From Takakia lepidozioides (Eukaryota; Plantae; Bryophyta), in assembly GCA_030704615.1 (NCBI GenBank), contig CM060731.1, positions 11,966,001 to 12,030,000 on the forward strand: 64,000 nucleotides of DNA, written 5' to 3'. Positions 47,022 to 60,600 of the stretch are shown here, in pieces. The position numbers and the translations under genes are program-made. The notes beneath the pieces were generated by a model that had not been told where the DNA came from, made no database searches, and saw only the letters and a list, made by a program, of their open reading frames with translations. The number at the start of each line of letters is the position of its first letter. Position 1 is the stretch's first letter.

Positions 47022-49609
47022 TTTTTAAGAACATAGAGGCCTCGGGTTTGAATTCCCCAGTTTCAGCTAGGGAGTACTCCCAAAGTAACCAACTCTTCAC
47101 ACTCCCAAGACCTTAAGAAATTCTGGTAGAAAAGTAATATATACTAAGTTTATAGAACTCAAGTTACGGGAGGCAGCAGCATCATTGATGCCATTGTCAC
47201 TTAGCAACGGCAAACTGCGTGAATGAGAAAATCTCGGTCGATGCGGCGCCAATGCTTGAGGACCTTCAAGATCTCTGCAAGTAGCAGCTTTTTTATGTTG
47301 GAAATGATGCAAATGCAAAACCACAAGAATGAGAGCCCCACAACACGATCCGACATGCAACACCCACGGATCTTTGTAGCATGGAGCCATTGACAATCGT
47401 TTGGCCTCACACTTATTTGAGGTTTCTTTTAATTGCTGGATGGTCCAGCATCAGACTTTATTAATAAAGTAAAAAAGTTCAAAAAAGTACAAAAGGCCAA
47501 AGTTCCCAGAAATCAGAAATGAGGTGGACTCACAGTGATGACTAGAGGATCTAGAGGTGTTATACGTAGAGGAAATTGGCTACACAGAGAACATGCTATA
47601 CACAGATAAAAGTGTTAGAACTTGCTATACTGGGAACCCACTATACACTACATTGCATATTCACACCAATCTTTCTCAAGTTGTTGTTTGCATTTGTAAC
47701 TGTTCTTTGATTTCGACCATATGATGGCAGCATAGTCCACATAATCAACGCACCGAAAAAAACATGTCAATATCGGATACTGGTCCATATTTTCTCTTTG
47801 CAAGCTCTTGACAATTCATGCTTTAGGATGATTCTTGTTGCAAAGACTCCATGACATCTGATAGGGCCATGAATTTTTAGGTTCAATGCTAATAGTAAGT
47901 AGGAAAGTCCGAGGACAAGGAGTTTGCTTACACTTCTTCAATCATCTCATTTTCTCCTTACTCCTGGTCTGCTAATTTTTCTCATCTCCAAAAGAAAGTA
48001 TGAGGCATTGGGGATTCTGGAGCAACTGTGGAACTTAAACACAATTAAAAACCCCAAAGTCCATAGCTTGAGTTTGCACATGAGATATTTTTTTTCACTG
48101 GCGTGTCCTCCAACAAAAACCCTGGTTAAGTATGATTGCAATTGCATATCCTATCATAATCCTTTAGACAAAGATCTACCTTGAGACATCATCAATGTAG
48201 AAAGGGAAATCATTATCTTGTCAAGTTAATTTACTAGTTAGAATGAAAATATCTAGTTTAAGGTAGCTAATGTGAAACTAGCTAGGAAATAACTAGTTGT
48301 TATGTATTGACACTTTAGTTTGTCCACGTGTCAAATCGAGGGCCCAAAGTTAATATTGGGCCCTGGGGGGGGTTCCTCCTCATGGTAGACACGGTGAGGC
48401 TGATCTTTCTGGAGTTGAGCCTCCCGCGTCTAGCTATGGCGCTGCATTGCAAATTCCCAGAGCATTGGGGTGCAGTTCGCTTGATTCCTGTTTCATTGAG
48501 TGAAATCCAAAGTTCAGCTTATTGTTTGTTTTACGTTCCATTTCTATTGTGACAGATTGGTTTGTGTATACATATGTGTTGTGTGGTTTGGAGAGCGATG
48601 TAGTTATGTAGCAATACGTATGCGCAAGACGAGGTGTCTGACTCCACTTGCCAGGACGCGTGTAGGGGTTACACAGAATGGAGTGTAACTCCAATCAGTG
48701 TAACCCACACTTGGTCTGAAATTTGACTAAATCCAAATGTGGCTAAGTATAAAATGGACTAACTAGAGTTACATGAGAAAACTAGGGTTACATGAAAGAC
48801 TGGGGTTACAAAAGGTTACATAGATTGGATAACTAATACCCGGGTTACACTACTAGAGCCTCACATCAAGAATCGAACCAGAACCTCACCGTTTGCAATG
48901 TTATCCCCTACCACCAGAGCTTGAAACCCCCTCGGATTCGTAAGTATGTAATAATAGTGAAACCGAGGTAAGATGGGGTGGGGAGGATTTGACAGGGCCC
49001 CGCCGGAGCAGCCCATGCTGCCCAAATCCGGCGAAAGTACCGTCAGTTCGCACGCGCCATTAAGTTCTTTACATTATTCCTATTGTCTTCCATAATACAT
49101 GTTTTAAAAAATAAAAATAAAAATCCTGGACCACAACACTACACAATCCAGCTTCAACAAAAAAAAATGTTGTGTGGATTAGAGGGCCTAAGTTTGAATT
49201 CTTCTAATGTTGGTGCCATGGGCCCGGCTTGTCCAATAGTTTACTTAGACCAGTCAAACTTTTAGCAACAGAGATTGCCCTTGTAAAAGATTTTTGTGAC
49301 TCACCGGCATAGGTTATAAGGAAGTGGAAGTGAGGACAGAATAATCAAGTTACATTGCCATTTCTTCCAAACAAAAATCAGTTGTGTCATTTGATGTCTA
49401 GCAAGTTGCAACTATTTAAAATTATGTTGGGTAATTACGTAATAATATTTATTTGTATTATTCTGATCGAGGCTTCTCATTGAAAGATAATAGCGTCTTT
49501 AATGCGCACGCGTGTGCCTGCAGCGGGGCGTGTGTAGCAGAGGGGTTGGAGAGGGTGGGAGCGCCCATACCCGTAGGAGGGTCCGCTCTGGCATGGATCT
49601 CATAAAACA

Positions 49610-49757
49610 TGTACTAGTAATGCATATCCTCTCACGAGTGGTTGTGGGTTCAATCCACCTGTTGGAAAGTCATTCCGGTGTCCACTTTCCCACCGGAAGC
49701 CAGTAGCCCTATGGGGTCAAGTGACACCATAAGTTACGCTTGCTTTGGCAACGCGTC
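49610..49757 (+). mobile_element. tRNA-derived SINE remnant with structured motif copy D (49677-49757)
   Basis: gtggttgtgggttcaatccacc (shared with the 35104-35271 SINE), then ggtgtc..ttcc CACC ggaa..cagta-gccc TATG gggt..gacacc-ataagttac-gcttgc TTTG gcaacgc. Confidence 0.75.
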
Positions 49758-50340
49758 CACCTTTTGCACATAAAAGATTAGTTATTTCCAAGATTTGTAA
49801 AAAAACAACGGGTAGTGTGGTGGTTAAGAGGAACGCATATCGAGCATGAGGCTTGGTCTTCAACTCTTTTAAGGTGGTAATGGGTTGTACTAATGTATAA
49901 TGGTTTTTTCTGAAAATTTCCTAAGTCCTTGTCCTTATACGGCGGCCAACCTTCCAACGGATTGGGCAGACCCTCAAGTGGACCCTCCAGCGGACTTATG
50001 GACTAGACAGCAAAGTGGACCCTTTAGACTCAGCAAGTGGTCCACTCTGCGCGTAGAGTGGCCCTCCGGCGGACTCGCAGAGTGGACTAGACTGGACTAG
50101 ACTGGAGAGTGGACCCTTCAACAGAATCTCTAGAACAAACTAGACTATCCAATGGACCGGGGCAAACCCGTGGATGGGCGGTATGGGCGGTGGGCTTATG
50201 ACTCCTGAGGGCTTATGAGCTAACCCCATGGGCCGTGGTCAGGGGCCCACAGGCACATTGAAGACGCTATTATTTAAAATTCGTTGGCTGAAGCAAGCGA
50301 AAATTGGGCCACGTACTAAGAGGGGAAAATAAGCACACCT

Positions 50341-50575
50341 GGGCTGGTAGCTCAGCGGGTAAGTGCACGGTGTGTCGCCCTGGTGGTTCGGGGTTCAAAC
50401 CCACTGCCCAGCCCCGTGTGTGGGATTGTTTGTGACAGTATGTCTGGGCGTTGATCGTCCTGTTGGCCTCATGGCCCATAAATGAAAGGGGGTTATTTCT
50501 CCCCGTCCTCAAGGGCCCGAATTGTGGGCTGTCGCTCCCAGGTTTCCTTTATAAAAATAAAAATAAAAATAAAAA
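50341..50575 (+). mobile_element. tRNA-derived SINE with (AAAAAT)n tail
   Basis: GGGCTGG/CCAGCCC acceptor-like stem (50341-50414), box A TAGCTCAGCGG, box B GGTTCAAAC, broken anticodon and T stems, ~140-nt body, A-rich tail. Confidence 0.7.
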
Positions 50576-53482
50576 GCTGGCCACGACACAAGGGGTGGTA
50601 AGAGAAGATTATAATAGATTACCACACACAACTAGGTATTAGGATATGAACCAAGCATCACCTGAAAGGCACACAGTGCTCTATCCAAATCAGCTACCGA
50701 CTAATGATATAATTAAAGTAATTTTCCGTTGAGAAAACTTGAAAATACTTTGGAAGTATATGCACAAGCCTCATCTTGAGTTATGGACTAGTCGCTTTAT
50801 TGAATCGTCAAACTTACTTACTGCGGAGCACCGTGCAAGTGAAAACACCCGTTGCTCGTCTCTACTCACACGGTATACCATTGCTTGTCCTTCGCTTACG
50901 GTGATCAGTTCACAATTTGCTCTGTTTTTGCGGATTTCGTCCCTTTCAGTCTGTCGAGGGGGTTGCTCCTTCTAGCAAGTATTGCGACGATTTCGTTAAC
51001 CAGGTGAGTCTGGAAAGTATGGAAACTACTGTGGAGGCGTGCTATGCTGAATTGGAAGTGTCTGCTCGGAGAAATCTCGGGCAGATTTGCTTTAGCCAGG
51101 AGTCTAGAGTTTAGTCAAAGGACTTAGGATCTCTTTAAATGTTGTGAATTCTTTTGAATTGAATTTTCTCTCTTCATACCAAGATCGCGCAGATTTCCTT
51201 CAGGCCCGTGAGTTTTGATAGAATGTGGTGTTCTGCGATCATCGCGAACAGTGGACTTAGAGGAGCGATTCTGTAGAGTATTCTCAGTCTGATATGAAGC
51301 ATCAGGAAGATTTTCTTTGCCGGGCGAATTTATCACGCTCTATCATCGGTGTTCCTCATCATCATGGAATTTCTCTTTAAATTGGCCGGGTGATTTTGTG
51401 CGATCGAGTTCCGTGGAATTGAGGTTTATCTTCCTAGCCTCTCATGATAAACTGCATCGTCATCATGGTTTACGAGCTATCAGATGTCGATTCAACAACT
51501 CCCGAAGGGAAGTAGTTCCTCTGAGCAAGCTTAGCAATGGCATGATTTGTTCGTCCTTGGAAACAGAGGGAGATTGAAAGAATCTATAATAGGTTCTAGT
51601 ACTGCATTCCGGCCCGAAAATGACTCTTTCGAGCTTTGAAACATGATATTCTGTGACAATATTTATCTGGCTACCCGGTCCAATGATTTCTCATGAGTTT
51701 GAAGTTTGAAGTCTCTTAACTTCGGAGTTTGTCCTCAATTCTGTCGAAATCTAACCTTGAATTCTTAAATTATGTCTTACAGTTGTAGGTTGGATCGAAG
51801 TTGGTGCGTATTGTGTTTATCCATATAATCACTTATCTAGCAATCAGATACACTCCGAAGCTTGGTCTATCGATCCTTACAGATTAGTGTGGGGAAGTCC
51901 TAATATGATTTATGTTACCTCCCTGGCATGTTGCACACCAGAGTTAAATATGCTCTTGAGAACTTGTCGCATGAACTACCATAGATTCATTTGTCACTCA
52001 GTAACCTTTTTGCAGAATGCCTCAACTTGTTTGAGAGGTCAGAACCTCGACTGTTGAGGAACAGCCCTTAGTAGCTGGAAAGACAATCATCGTGTGCGGT
52101 ACGAATGTAAACAGCACAAGTTCAGAGAGTGCGAAATCTACGTAACTATGTTTTCAAGAAGGGTTGGACCGAGACAGCTAGGAGATCGCATCACTTGAGG
52201 GATTAATAGCACGGTGTTGTTTCAACTTGCTTCTGCTTCCGGAACATTTGATACAAGTTGGAACTCCAAATCTCTGGGAGATCCTCAGCTTTTCTTGAAT
52301 CCTTATCCCTTGATTCCCACACTACTACCCGAGTTATGTATTCTCTTCACAAGAATCCCAATTTTCAGCAGAATATACAATATCCCTCCATTTTCCTCCA
52401 AGCTTTCCTTTGATTGAGAGTATGTTGGTTCTTGTTTTGCCTATTGGTTTAAACTGTCTGTTTGACTGTTCTTGACATGGAAGCTACAGGATCTTCCTCA
52501 GGGAAAGCTGCAAGTTACACCACTCCACATTCGACTCATTACTTGCAAATTTCATTTTGTAAGGGCCTTCCTCTGCTGTTGGATGACGAAGCAATATGAT
52601 GTTCAGCGAATCCTTCAAGAGACGCTCATCAGAGGGTACTCAGTTGTATGATTTCTCAATAAATTTTCTGAAGATCTCTGGAATCAACCCAGACGTTCGA
52701 GTAAAGGCTTCACATTCGGTTGGAAGCATTCTTCAGACGATTGAGAAGCGTTTTTTGAAGCTGACAGTTCTACAGGGCTCTGAGCAAAATGAAATTGGAA
52801 AGTTTGAAGTGTTTGGCGAAGAATGTAGTATCAATCGCCGACTAAGCTGCCAATTTTCACATGCAAAAGAAGATGTACTTGCAAAACTTCATGTGTACGT
52901 AGGTATGTGGTCCGTCACTTTTGTCAATAGTCGACAATGCGAAATGCTATGGATGAGCAGACAATGGCCAACGTACATGTTCAATTCACACGCACGCACA
53001 TGCACGTAACGGTTGGGGGAAAGGGAAAGGGAACCTAAAAGCTGTAGAAAGAAAGCAGACAGTGAGAAACTAAACTGCCCCACATTGTCACTTAGGCCAG
53101 ACTGGGAATCTCTTCTTCATACCAAGCTGGAAAGACGAATGAAAGGCTTGGAGCGACAGCGAAAAGTTGTCACTCTTCTATGTCAGGGATGGCTCGTCAA
53201 TAGTGCTGAGGATCTCAGTCTAAATTATACATTTATTGATTATCTCTATTGCCCTTGTATGTACCGGCGATGCTTTGGGATGGACGAGCTTTGTTGCAGA
53301 TGAGGTACAATCCGTCAACGTGAAGATATCAAGGTTGTATTGTGTGTTTCTTGGGTAGAGAGTAAGACCATATTACCGAAGCAGGCATTTATGAATTCTC
53401 TACGTGAGTGCAATTCTGACCATTCGTTGATTCAGTCTGCAGAAGATTATCTAAGGGAATTCGGTTGGTTGTTTGAAACCAG

Positions 53483-55987
53483 GAATGGAGTTCTGGCCTT
53501 ACTGGTCATATCACAGTGGACCTAAAGGAGGTAATTTCCCTAGATGTAAAGTCTTGTCATACTTCCTTTTGAACTGGAATTCTCGTTTCCAGAGTGTGCT
53601 GAGCTGCAAGGTGGCGAGCTTGTAATGATCTGAGGTGCCTCATAAAATGTAGGTCATGCTGTATACTCGTTCTTGGCAGCCTGGATGGCCGCTTCATCAT
53701 GCTTGCTCCTTCCTTCCTTTTTTGGGCATCCTTCTACCTTGGAAGTTGTAGTTGATTCCCTAGTGTGCTGAAATTCACCTTGGAGTATCAGGGAAAACGA
53801 AGTAGATTTGAAAACAAATCTTTTCTCGGTGAATTCCACCATTTCTTGTCTTAATTTGTGTGTCTGACAATGAAGTATACTTTTTTATTTGAGCAGCTCA
53901 AGTAACACGTGTTACACATCTGCTGGTTTTAGTTTCTCCAGGAGAATGACGCTGAGGTGTACCTGGAGTATCCATTGTCTGCCAGTGGACAACGCCACAC
54001 TTCCCGCACTGCCAAGTTGGAGGTAGAAGCATACCAAAATTGATTGTGACATAGTTTCATTCAGTATGTCAAGTATAAGAAGCATTTGCCTACCGAATTA
54101 CAGGTATGAACACAAACGAAGCCAAATTCCAGTTGTTGGATGCAATTAGATGAAGTACAAGTCTCCCTGTAGGGATTCTCAACTGCCCCAGAGGCACTTA
54201 GGGTTTTGCTCTAACTTCCCGGCAATAAGCTGAGACATTCACTTTACCAAAACATGACTTTAATTTCAAGTTGTCGAAAATTTATGTTAACAGTCATTTC
54301 TTACCAGAACATGGAAACCGATCTGCTTGATTGAAGAAGCAAAAGATGGAAGGGAAATAGAGAAAAGGGTGGTTGGGGGCGTGGACAAGGCTTTGCAGAA
54401 ATAACCAGCTGTTGCCAAGTTGGATTCTTACAGACCTTCCTTCTTGGTTGCAATCCTGTCATTATTGAAGAAAGTAATGGGCTGCTGACCCTTTCTATTT
54501 GACAGATGACTTTACTGTGCCTCAGTCAGGCAGTCAATGAAGGCCATGATACAGCTCTTTACGACGGACAGAGGTATGGTGCAGTAACTTCTCTACTAAT
54601 ATCTATGAATTTCATGGCTCACAACTGAAAAAAAACCTTGTCCATTGTGCCTCTGTTGTTAGAACGACTAGATTATCGAGGCTTTTCCTCGTCTTTCGTT
54701 TCAAGCACAGAAAAAAGCTCTGCACTATTCTCAAATTTGTATTTGCATCGATGCTTACAAAATCATATCCATATAGCTATATCATTGGTGAAAGTACTTG
54801 TGGCTTCACAGCTATAGGTACTCTTCTTGCATTAACCATTCAATTGAGCTGGATTGAACGTGAAACTTCCTTTTTGATATTTTGGCAGTGGTCCAAGACC
54901 TCTAGTGCATCAAACTTGGTGTTTACCTACCCAGTCTGGTACTCAGAGTGAAGCTGTTGAGCCGAAGAAACTGGATGGAGCTATTGAACAGGAGATTGAT
55001 TTACTGAAGGAGATGGAAGGTGACCTCCTTGAACTCATACCCAGCTGAACAGTTTTGTGTGGCAGTACAGAAGTTGGAGAGCAATAGACCTAATGTCTTA
55101 TCTCTTTCATGCTTTGAGTGAAATAGGATTGCTATACTTGTCGTGTACAAGTAGATTTGGAAGTGGGTGCCCTAGCTGTAACATTCGACATGGACCTCTG
55201 TTGGATTTCAGGACCACAAAGGACAGAGGATGAGCAAGAAGCAGTTACCAGACCAGATCTACTGGCAGCCTTATTCTTTGCAGCAGGGATGTCCTTCCAA
55301 CAGCAATTGCAAATCAGAAGAATCCGGTATCTCCTCATGCAAAGGGGTAAAGAGCATTCAATTGCTCCTGCAGCCTTTGCAGATGCCCTTATGCAGGGCA
55401 ATGCAGATTACCTGCCAGGATTAACTAACATGGCCGCTCTATACCAAGAAGTTCAATGTCCAGAGGTAATACACTGACATTTGAGCAGATATGAGCTCGT
55501 TCTCTTGGGAAGATATCCGTTGCAGGAAATGTCATTGCAAAAGAGCTCTGCTAAGGCAAGACCATTGATGCTGTAGCAATTTGGAGGGCATCCTCTCCAC
55601 CCACCATTTGTCATCTGCAGTGTTTCACAGACGTAAAGTGGTGCAGGTGGTCACTTTCAGTGAAATTTCAAAGAGGGATGAACGAGTGCAATCAAGAGAG
55701 GAGTCATCCTCTGACAGTTGTGGCCCTTTACGACCCATTAGCAGCAGCAGTGGTAAGCCCAGCCTTGAACAAAGCTTGGTCTGTCATTGATCTGCAGGTG
55801 AACATGATACAGAGCAATTGTGCAAAATGAGCATCTAGAGTCTTTTGCTCTGTATCACTGACTGCATACTTTCACCGTTGTAATCAGTTTCTTGATTTCC
55901 AAGAACAAACTAACCTTCACAAATGACCATTGCAATGTGCAGATGCCACTACAGATGCCAGCTACTCGAACATCGGAATTGATATAG
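53483..55987 (+). CDS. Unassigned spliced gene, 7 phase-consistent exons; 5' end unresolved
   Basis: Exons 53483-53530, 53942-54022, 54506-54573, 54889-55019, 55212-55465, 55621-55752 and 55943-55987 have AG/GT borders and join into one open frame (EWSSGLTGH..ENDAEVYLEYPL..DLLAALFFAAGMSFQQQLQIRRIRYLL..). No family recognised. Confidence 0.55.
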
Positions 55988-57620
55988 GTGAGAAAGGATG
56001 GTATGGAACCTGTACAGATTGCTATCTCTGCTCTACATGCTCATATGAGGATCTTGGAGGTGTCTATCCCAACCTCTCCTCCAGCATGAGTCATGCTGAT
56101 CCACTAATCAGCATTCCCAGCTGCTTAAGCAAGAAAGACTTGAGGAATAAAGCACGTAACATGACTCATAGGAAGGTCCAATTTGCACCAAAGCATCAGC
56201 ATTCTGGCATCATTGGATGCATCCTGGGGGTTATTACATTTGTAGGGATATCCATCATTGGGGCCACAAGTGTACCCTCTCATGTCACACACAGAAGGCC
56301 TACTGCTGGCCACCACTGGATAAAATGTCGGCGAGACAGCAAGTCGCAAGGTTCTCAACAGCACTCCAGGTTTGGGTTCTCTAAACCAACTCATAGAATT
56401 ACAGTCCTGAACATGGTTGCTTAGCCCTCACTTTGTGGATGGGTAACAAGAAATTCCTTGTCTGTGAGGAGCACATGGTGGCAGGGGCTGTGACATGGTT
56501 GAAGAGGAGAGACAATTTGTTTTCTAGCTCCATGGCCTGCAAGTAGCTGCCTGAAAGTTTTGGATAATGAGTAGTCTTTCTCGCTGCAGCATTCTTCAAA
56601 AATTGTCTTCTGTTCTCTCCTTCCAGACAGAGCATAGGTCCATGGGCACAATCTAGTCTGTACAATCTCTGTCCTTTCCACATCCAATTGCTGAGTGTGA
56701 AGTTAACAGCTTAAGTGTGGATGCAGGTTGTCACTACTGTGAGACAGTGACATCCATCAACCAATGGACAGCAGCAGGTTGTACATGGCGCCAGCACGGA
56801 TACTCAATCCACCCATCCCGGTGTATTGGAAGTTACAAAAGGGGAATGTACCAAATGGTCAACCAGGCTGACCACATAGGAAAATTTTGAACTGTTGTGA
56901 TACTTCCATAGAATTGGCCAGATTTAGACATTTTGCAACCATATCCATCAGTGTATCATTAGTAGCTTAGTCTCTCTTAGACTCAAGTGAGTGTACCATA
57001 GCAAATTGTCCTCCTCACAGAGATGGCATCTAATTCATGAACAACATGGCATGAGAGATTGCCATCAACACAGGTGGCCATTTCAGTCCCATTGATGCAT
57101 GTTTTGTGCAGGTGCTAAAATAAAACAGTACTTGGTGCGCAGCACCAATATGACATAGCCCTGAGACCTACACTGTTTTGAAGTGTGAATACCTGGCAGA
57201 AGGGAACAGTTTGGTGGTCACCAGACTGATAAAACATACCAAGAATTTCCTGATGGTAAAATGTTAGCACCCATTTTGCAAGCACTGTTAACTAACGTGA
57301 ACTGAGAAATGAACATATGCTAATCCTAACAACGGAGTGTAAGGAGAATGTATTGCATTTTGTTGGCTCCTCAACATTAGTATGCACTGGACGCGAGGTT
57401 ATCATTGCTAACTACAACTGAAAATCGCTTCCCATGATGTAAAGAACTGTCCATAAAGTGTACTTGGAGGTCCTCTTAGCTGCAGAACATGCCAATTGTT
57501 TCAGTGAGGTTCTTACAGAAACAAGTGGCACATTCAAGACAGACCTTATGGATTCAATAAGGTCACTTGGTTGTTCCAAACTCGATTCATGCAACCAACA
57601 TTCCCGTGACATGAAATCTC

Positions 57621-60600
57621 TCATCGTGCTCTGCGTCTTCGCAGCCGCTGTGCAATTGACATCACCACCTTGTCATCACCACGCTCCAACCTGTCATCCT
57701 CACTGTCGGAATCCAGTATCAAATAATTCTGTGCGGTCTCTGAGGCCCTGAGACAATTCTTTTGTTCCAGTGCATCAGAGATTGTTTCAATCTTTGCTTT
57801 TAGGGCAGAAGAGGAGCTTAACGGGCACCTTAATGCCCGTGTTGTCTTAACCAACACTGTCTCTTCCTTGCTTGATGCATCATTTTCAGAGTCAAATTTC
57901 CTTCTCTGCAGGCGCTCGGCGATTGTCAATCCCTTCTCATCATCATTGGAGCTGTCATCATCACTGTCCGGATCAACCAAGCATTTCGATTTTGCTCTTG
58001 TCTTTGCTGTTGACTTCTGTTGCAAGGGTTCCGCTTTTGTTTTGCTCTTTGATTTGGGAGTATGGGGGAGACTCTTGCGCCTGGATGGCCTGGTTGATAC
58101 TTCTGTGTTGCTGGTCGTGTCTTTCTGTGCGTTTGTATCCTTGGTGATGACTTCCAGTGTCTTTGAATCCTCCTCTTCAGGTTCAGCACGGCGTGTCAGG
58201 ACCAAATAGTGTGCCACTGACTTGTAACCAAGCTTAACCACCTGAAAATGAGCACATGACAACAAACACTCCTTTACTAAGAGAACTAGAGCTGTGAATT
58301 TCTGGGTTCTAGATATGTATGTTCCCAAGGGAAGCTGCTGTAAGAATTTCCCCAGCCACCTGCTTTTCCAGGGATTTTGGCAGGAAACATACCCAGGTGC
58401 AATTTTGCATTGCAGACACTTCCACTTGTCCTTTTCCTTTTGGTGACTCCATGGCCATCACAAGTACTGATAGTCTCAGTAATGTGTCAAACGAGAATGG
58501 CCCCTAAACAAGCCCCTTCAAGAGAGAACTAAAAGTAGCTACACAGGCCTCGCTATGTGTTACTCAGGAATTACTACGCAAACAAGGAGCACATGAAACA
58601 GCCACTCCGACCAAATGTCAAGGTTTTCCAATATGTGCTGGGATAGAGGCGCATAGAAGGTTTTAACTGGCATTGTGCAGCCTGCAATGGGTGGAAGGAT
58701 AAGGGTGGAGACAAGCTACACAGGGTGAGATAATGGACATACACTTCGGTAGAGAGACCCAGTGGGAGTCCATCCTCTCCTAAGACGGCAAAAACTGCAG
58801 TTGCAGATCTTGCGACAGACGGGGCAAACCCAGTTCTTGTTCTCCTTTGCCTCCAACACATTCTCTCCATATCTGCAGCGCAGTGAAGCAACTAGTGTCA
58901 GATAACCAGAATTCCAGGGCTTCTATAAGATCAGAATCTGTTGGGGAACATACACCTAATGGCCAGTCTCCAATGTTAAAGCCAGTAAGAGAATCAGGCA
59001 ACAAGATAGATGAGCTTTGGAGAAGACTGTATTGAGATTCGTCCCACATCATCGACCACTTTTGCTAGGCTAAAACCTATCATCATTGGATCACTTCCCA
59101 TCATCACTTCATAAAATGCATGTATACAAATGCCATTTGAACTTCAATCTGAAGCTGCAATTCAAATTGGAAGCCGCTGTTAGAATTTTAGACTGTCTAT
59201 CCCCAGAGGATTTTGGATTGACCCATCCGTACACAAGTGCAACAGGGAAAAGTTTGTAACTTTGAAGTACTGAACGTTCTCAAACAAAGAGACAGCACAC
59301 ACTCGTTTCACAGCCCTGTCAAACACCCTGGGGGCCATTTTGACATACTTCTAGCTGACTTAAGCCCAAATTTTGCATACTACCCCTCTCCCCGCTATTA
59401 AGCTTAGGCATGAATAATCCTGAATTCTGCAGAGCACTAGCTTGGTAAAACTTAGGCTAACTTGTTCAGGTCTAATTCTTTCTGTTAGAAAGCATCTGTG
59501 TGTTTCACCACCATCACTTGGCCTTATGTGCCGTGACTTCAGAATACTTAAGATAAAAAAATGTCAGGTGAACCCCGGGCGGGGTGCTCCACTGAACCCA
59601 GAAGACCTTGGCATGTCATTAAGATTCCTGTTCTCTTTTTCTCTTTTTTTTGTTGTTTGTACTCAGATTCGCTCTTAGCTCAGCTGTCCTAACATGGTTC
59701 CGTATCCACCCCCCGAACCAAATCTGGCAGAGACCCCGATGTACATTGGCCCAAGAATGAACTATAACTGACTAGATGAGGAGTTAGATATTTCTTTTCA
59801 TTCAAATCCACCTGGGTCTGCAGTGACAGTGGGACACAAAATTAGTTAATAGGATAGAAGCAAGATGGGAAGAGGTACCTCATATAAAGACAGTCACCAC
59901 AGAATTGGCCGTGCAAAGAGTGACAACTGCTGCATGATGTTCGATGCCCCATAGTTTTCTGCCTACACTCCCAAGGACCCAGTAATTACATGTTCCAAGA
60001 GAGACTAAATAATGGTCAGGAAAAAGTAGGGAGCATCGCTATGACCTTCCAGGCAAAGATACAGTCAACTTCAAGCCTCACATACTTTTAAGTAAATCTG
60101 CACAAACTGGGAAGACAGATTATGCCTCGATATTTTTTAGAGAGAGAGAGAGAGAGGGCCAAAAAGGGCAGCTTCCTGTAAAATACCGACACTGATGGCA
60201 GGTCTTTCCACAAACTGGGTCATAGATGCGTGAGCCATCGGCGCCATAGCCATCTGTAAACAATTGCCACTCTTTTGTACATGAGCCTAGACGCTTCTCA
60301 TCTTCCTCAGTGTAGATCTCAGGCTGGGGGCCTCCAACCCCGGCGAGGTAGGCAGAGCGACCTTCACCTTTCTGTCTACCCCCTTCTCTCTTTCCAACCT
60401 CAGAATAAGAAATAGCAGGGGCCCCCTTCAGCCTACAGTTCACAAATCAAGAACTGTAATCTTTCAGAATTTCATTTTGCACATCAGGAAGAATCTATTC
60501 CAAAGATTCACAAAGAGATGGGAACTGGATAAGGCTCTCAGAGGATTGCAGTAGCTTGGAAACTACCTTGCATGCCAAGAACTGTAGATTGCATCCACCA

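Noticed and set aside
48760-48855. Telomeric repeat or CRISPR-like array
   Set aside because: Units are irregular, are not TTTAGGG, and lack constant repeat-spacer periodicity; the context is eukaryotic with no cas genes.
50341-50414. Functional tRNA gene
   Set aside because: Anticodon and T stems do not pair, and it continues into a body and A-rich tail typical of a SINE.
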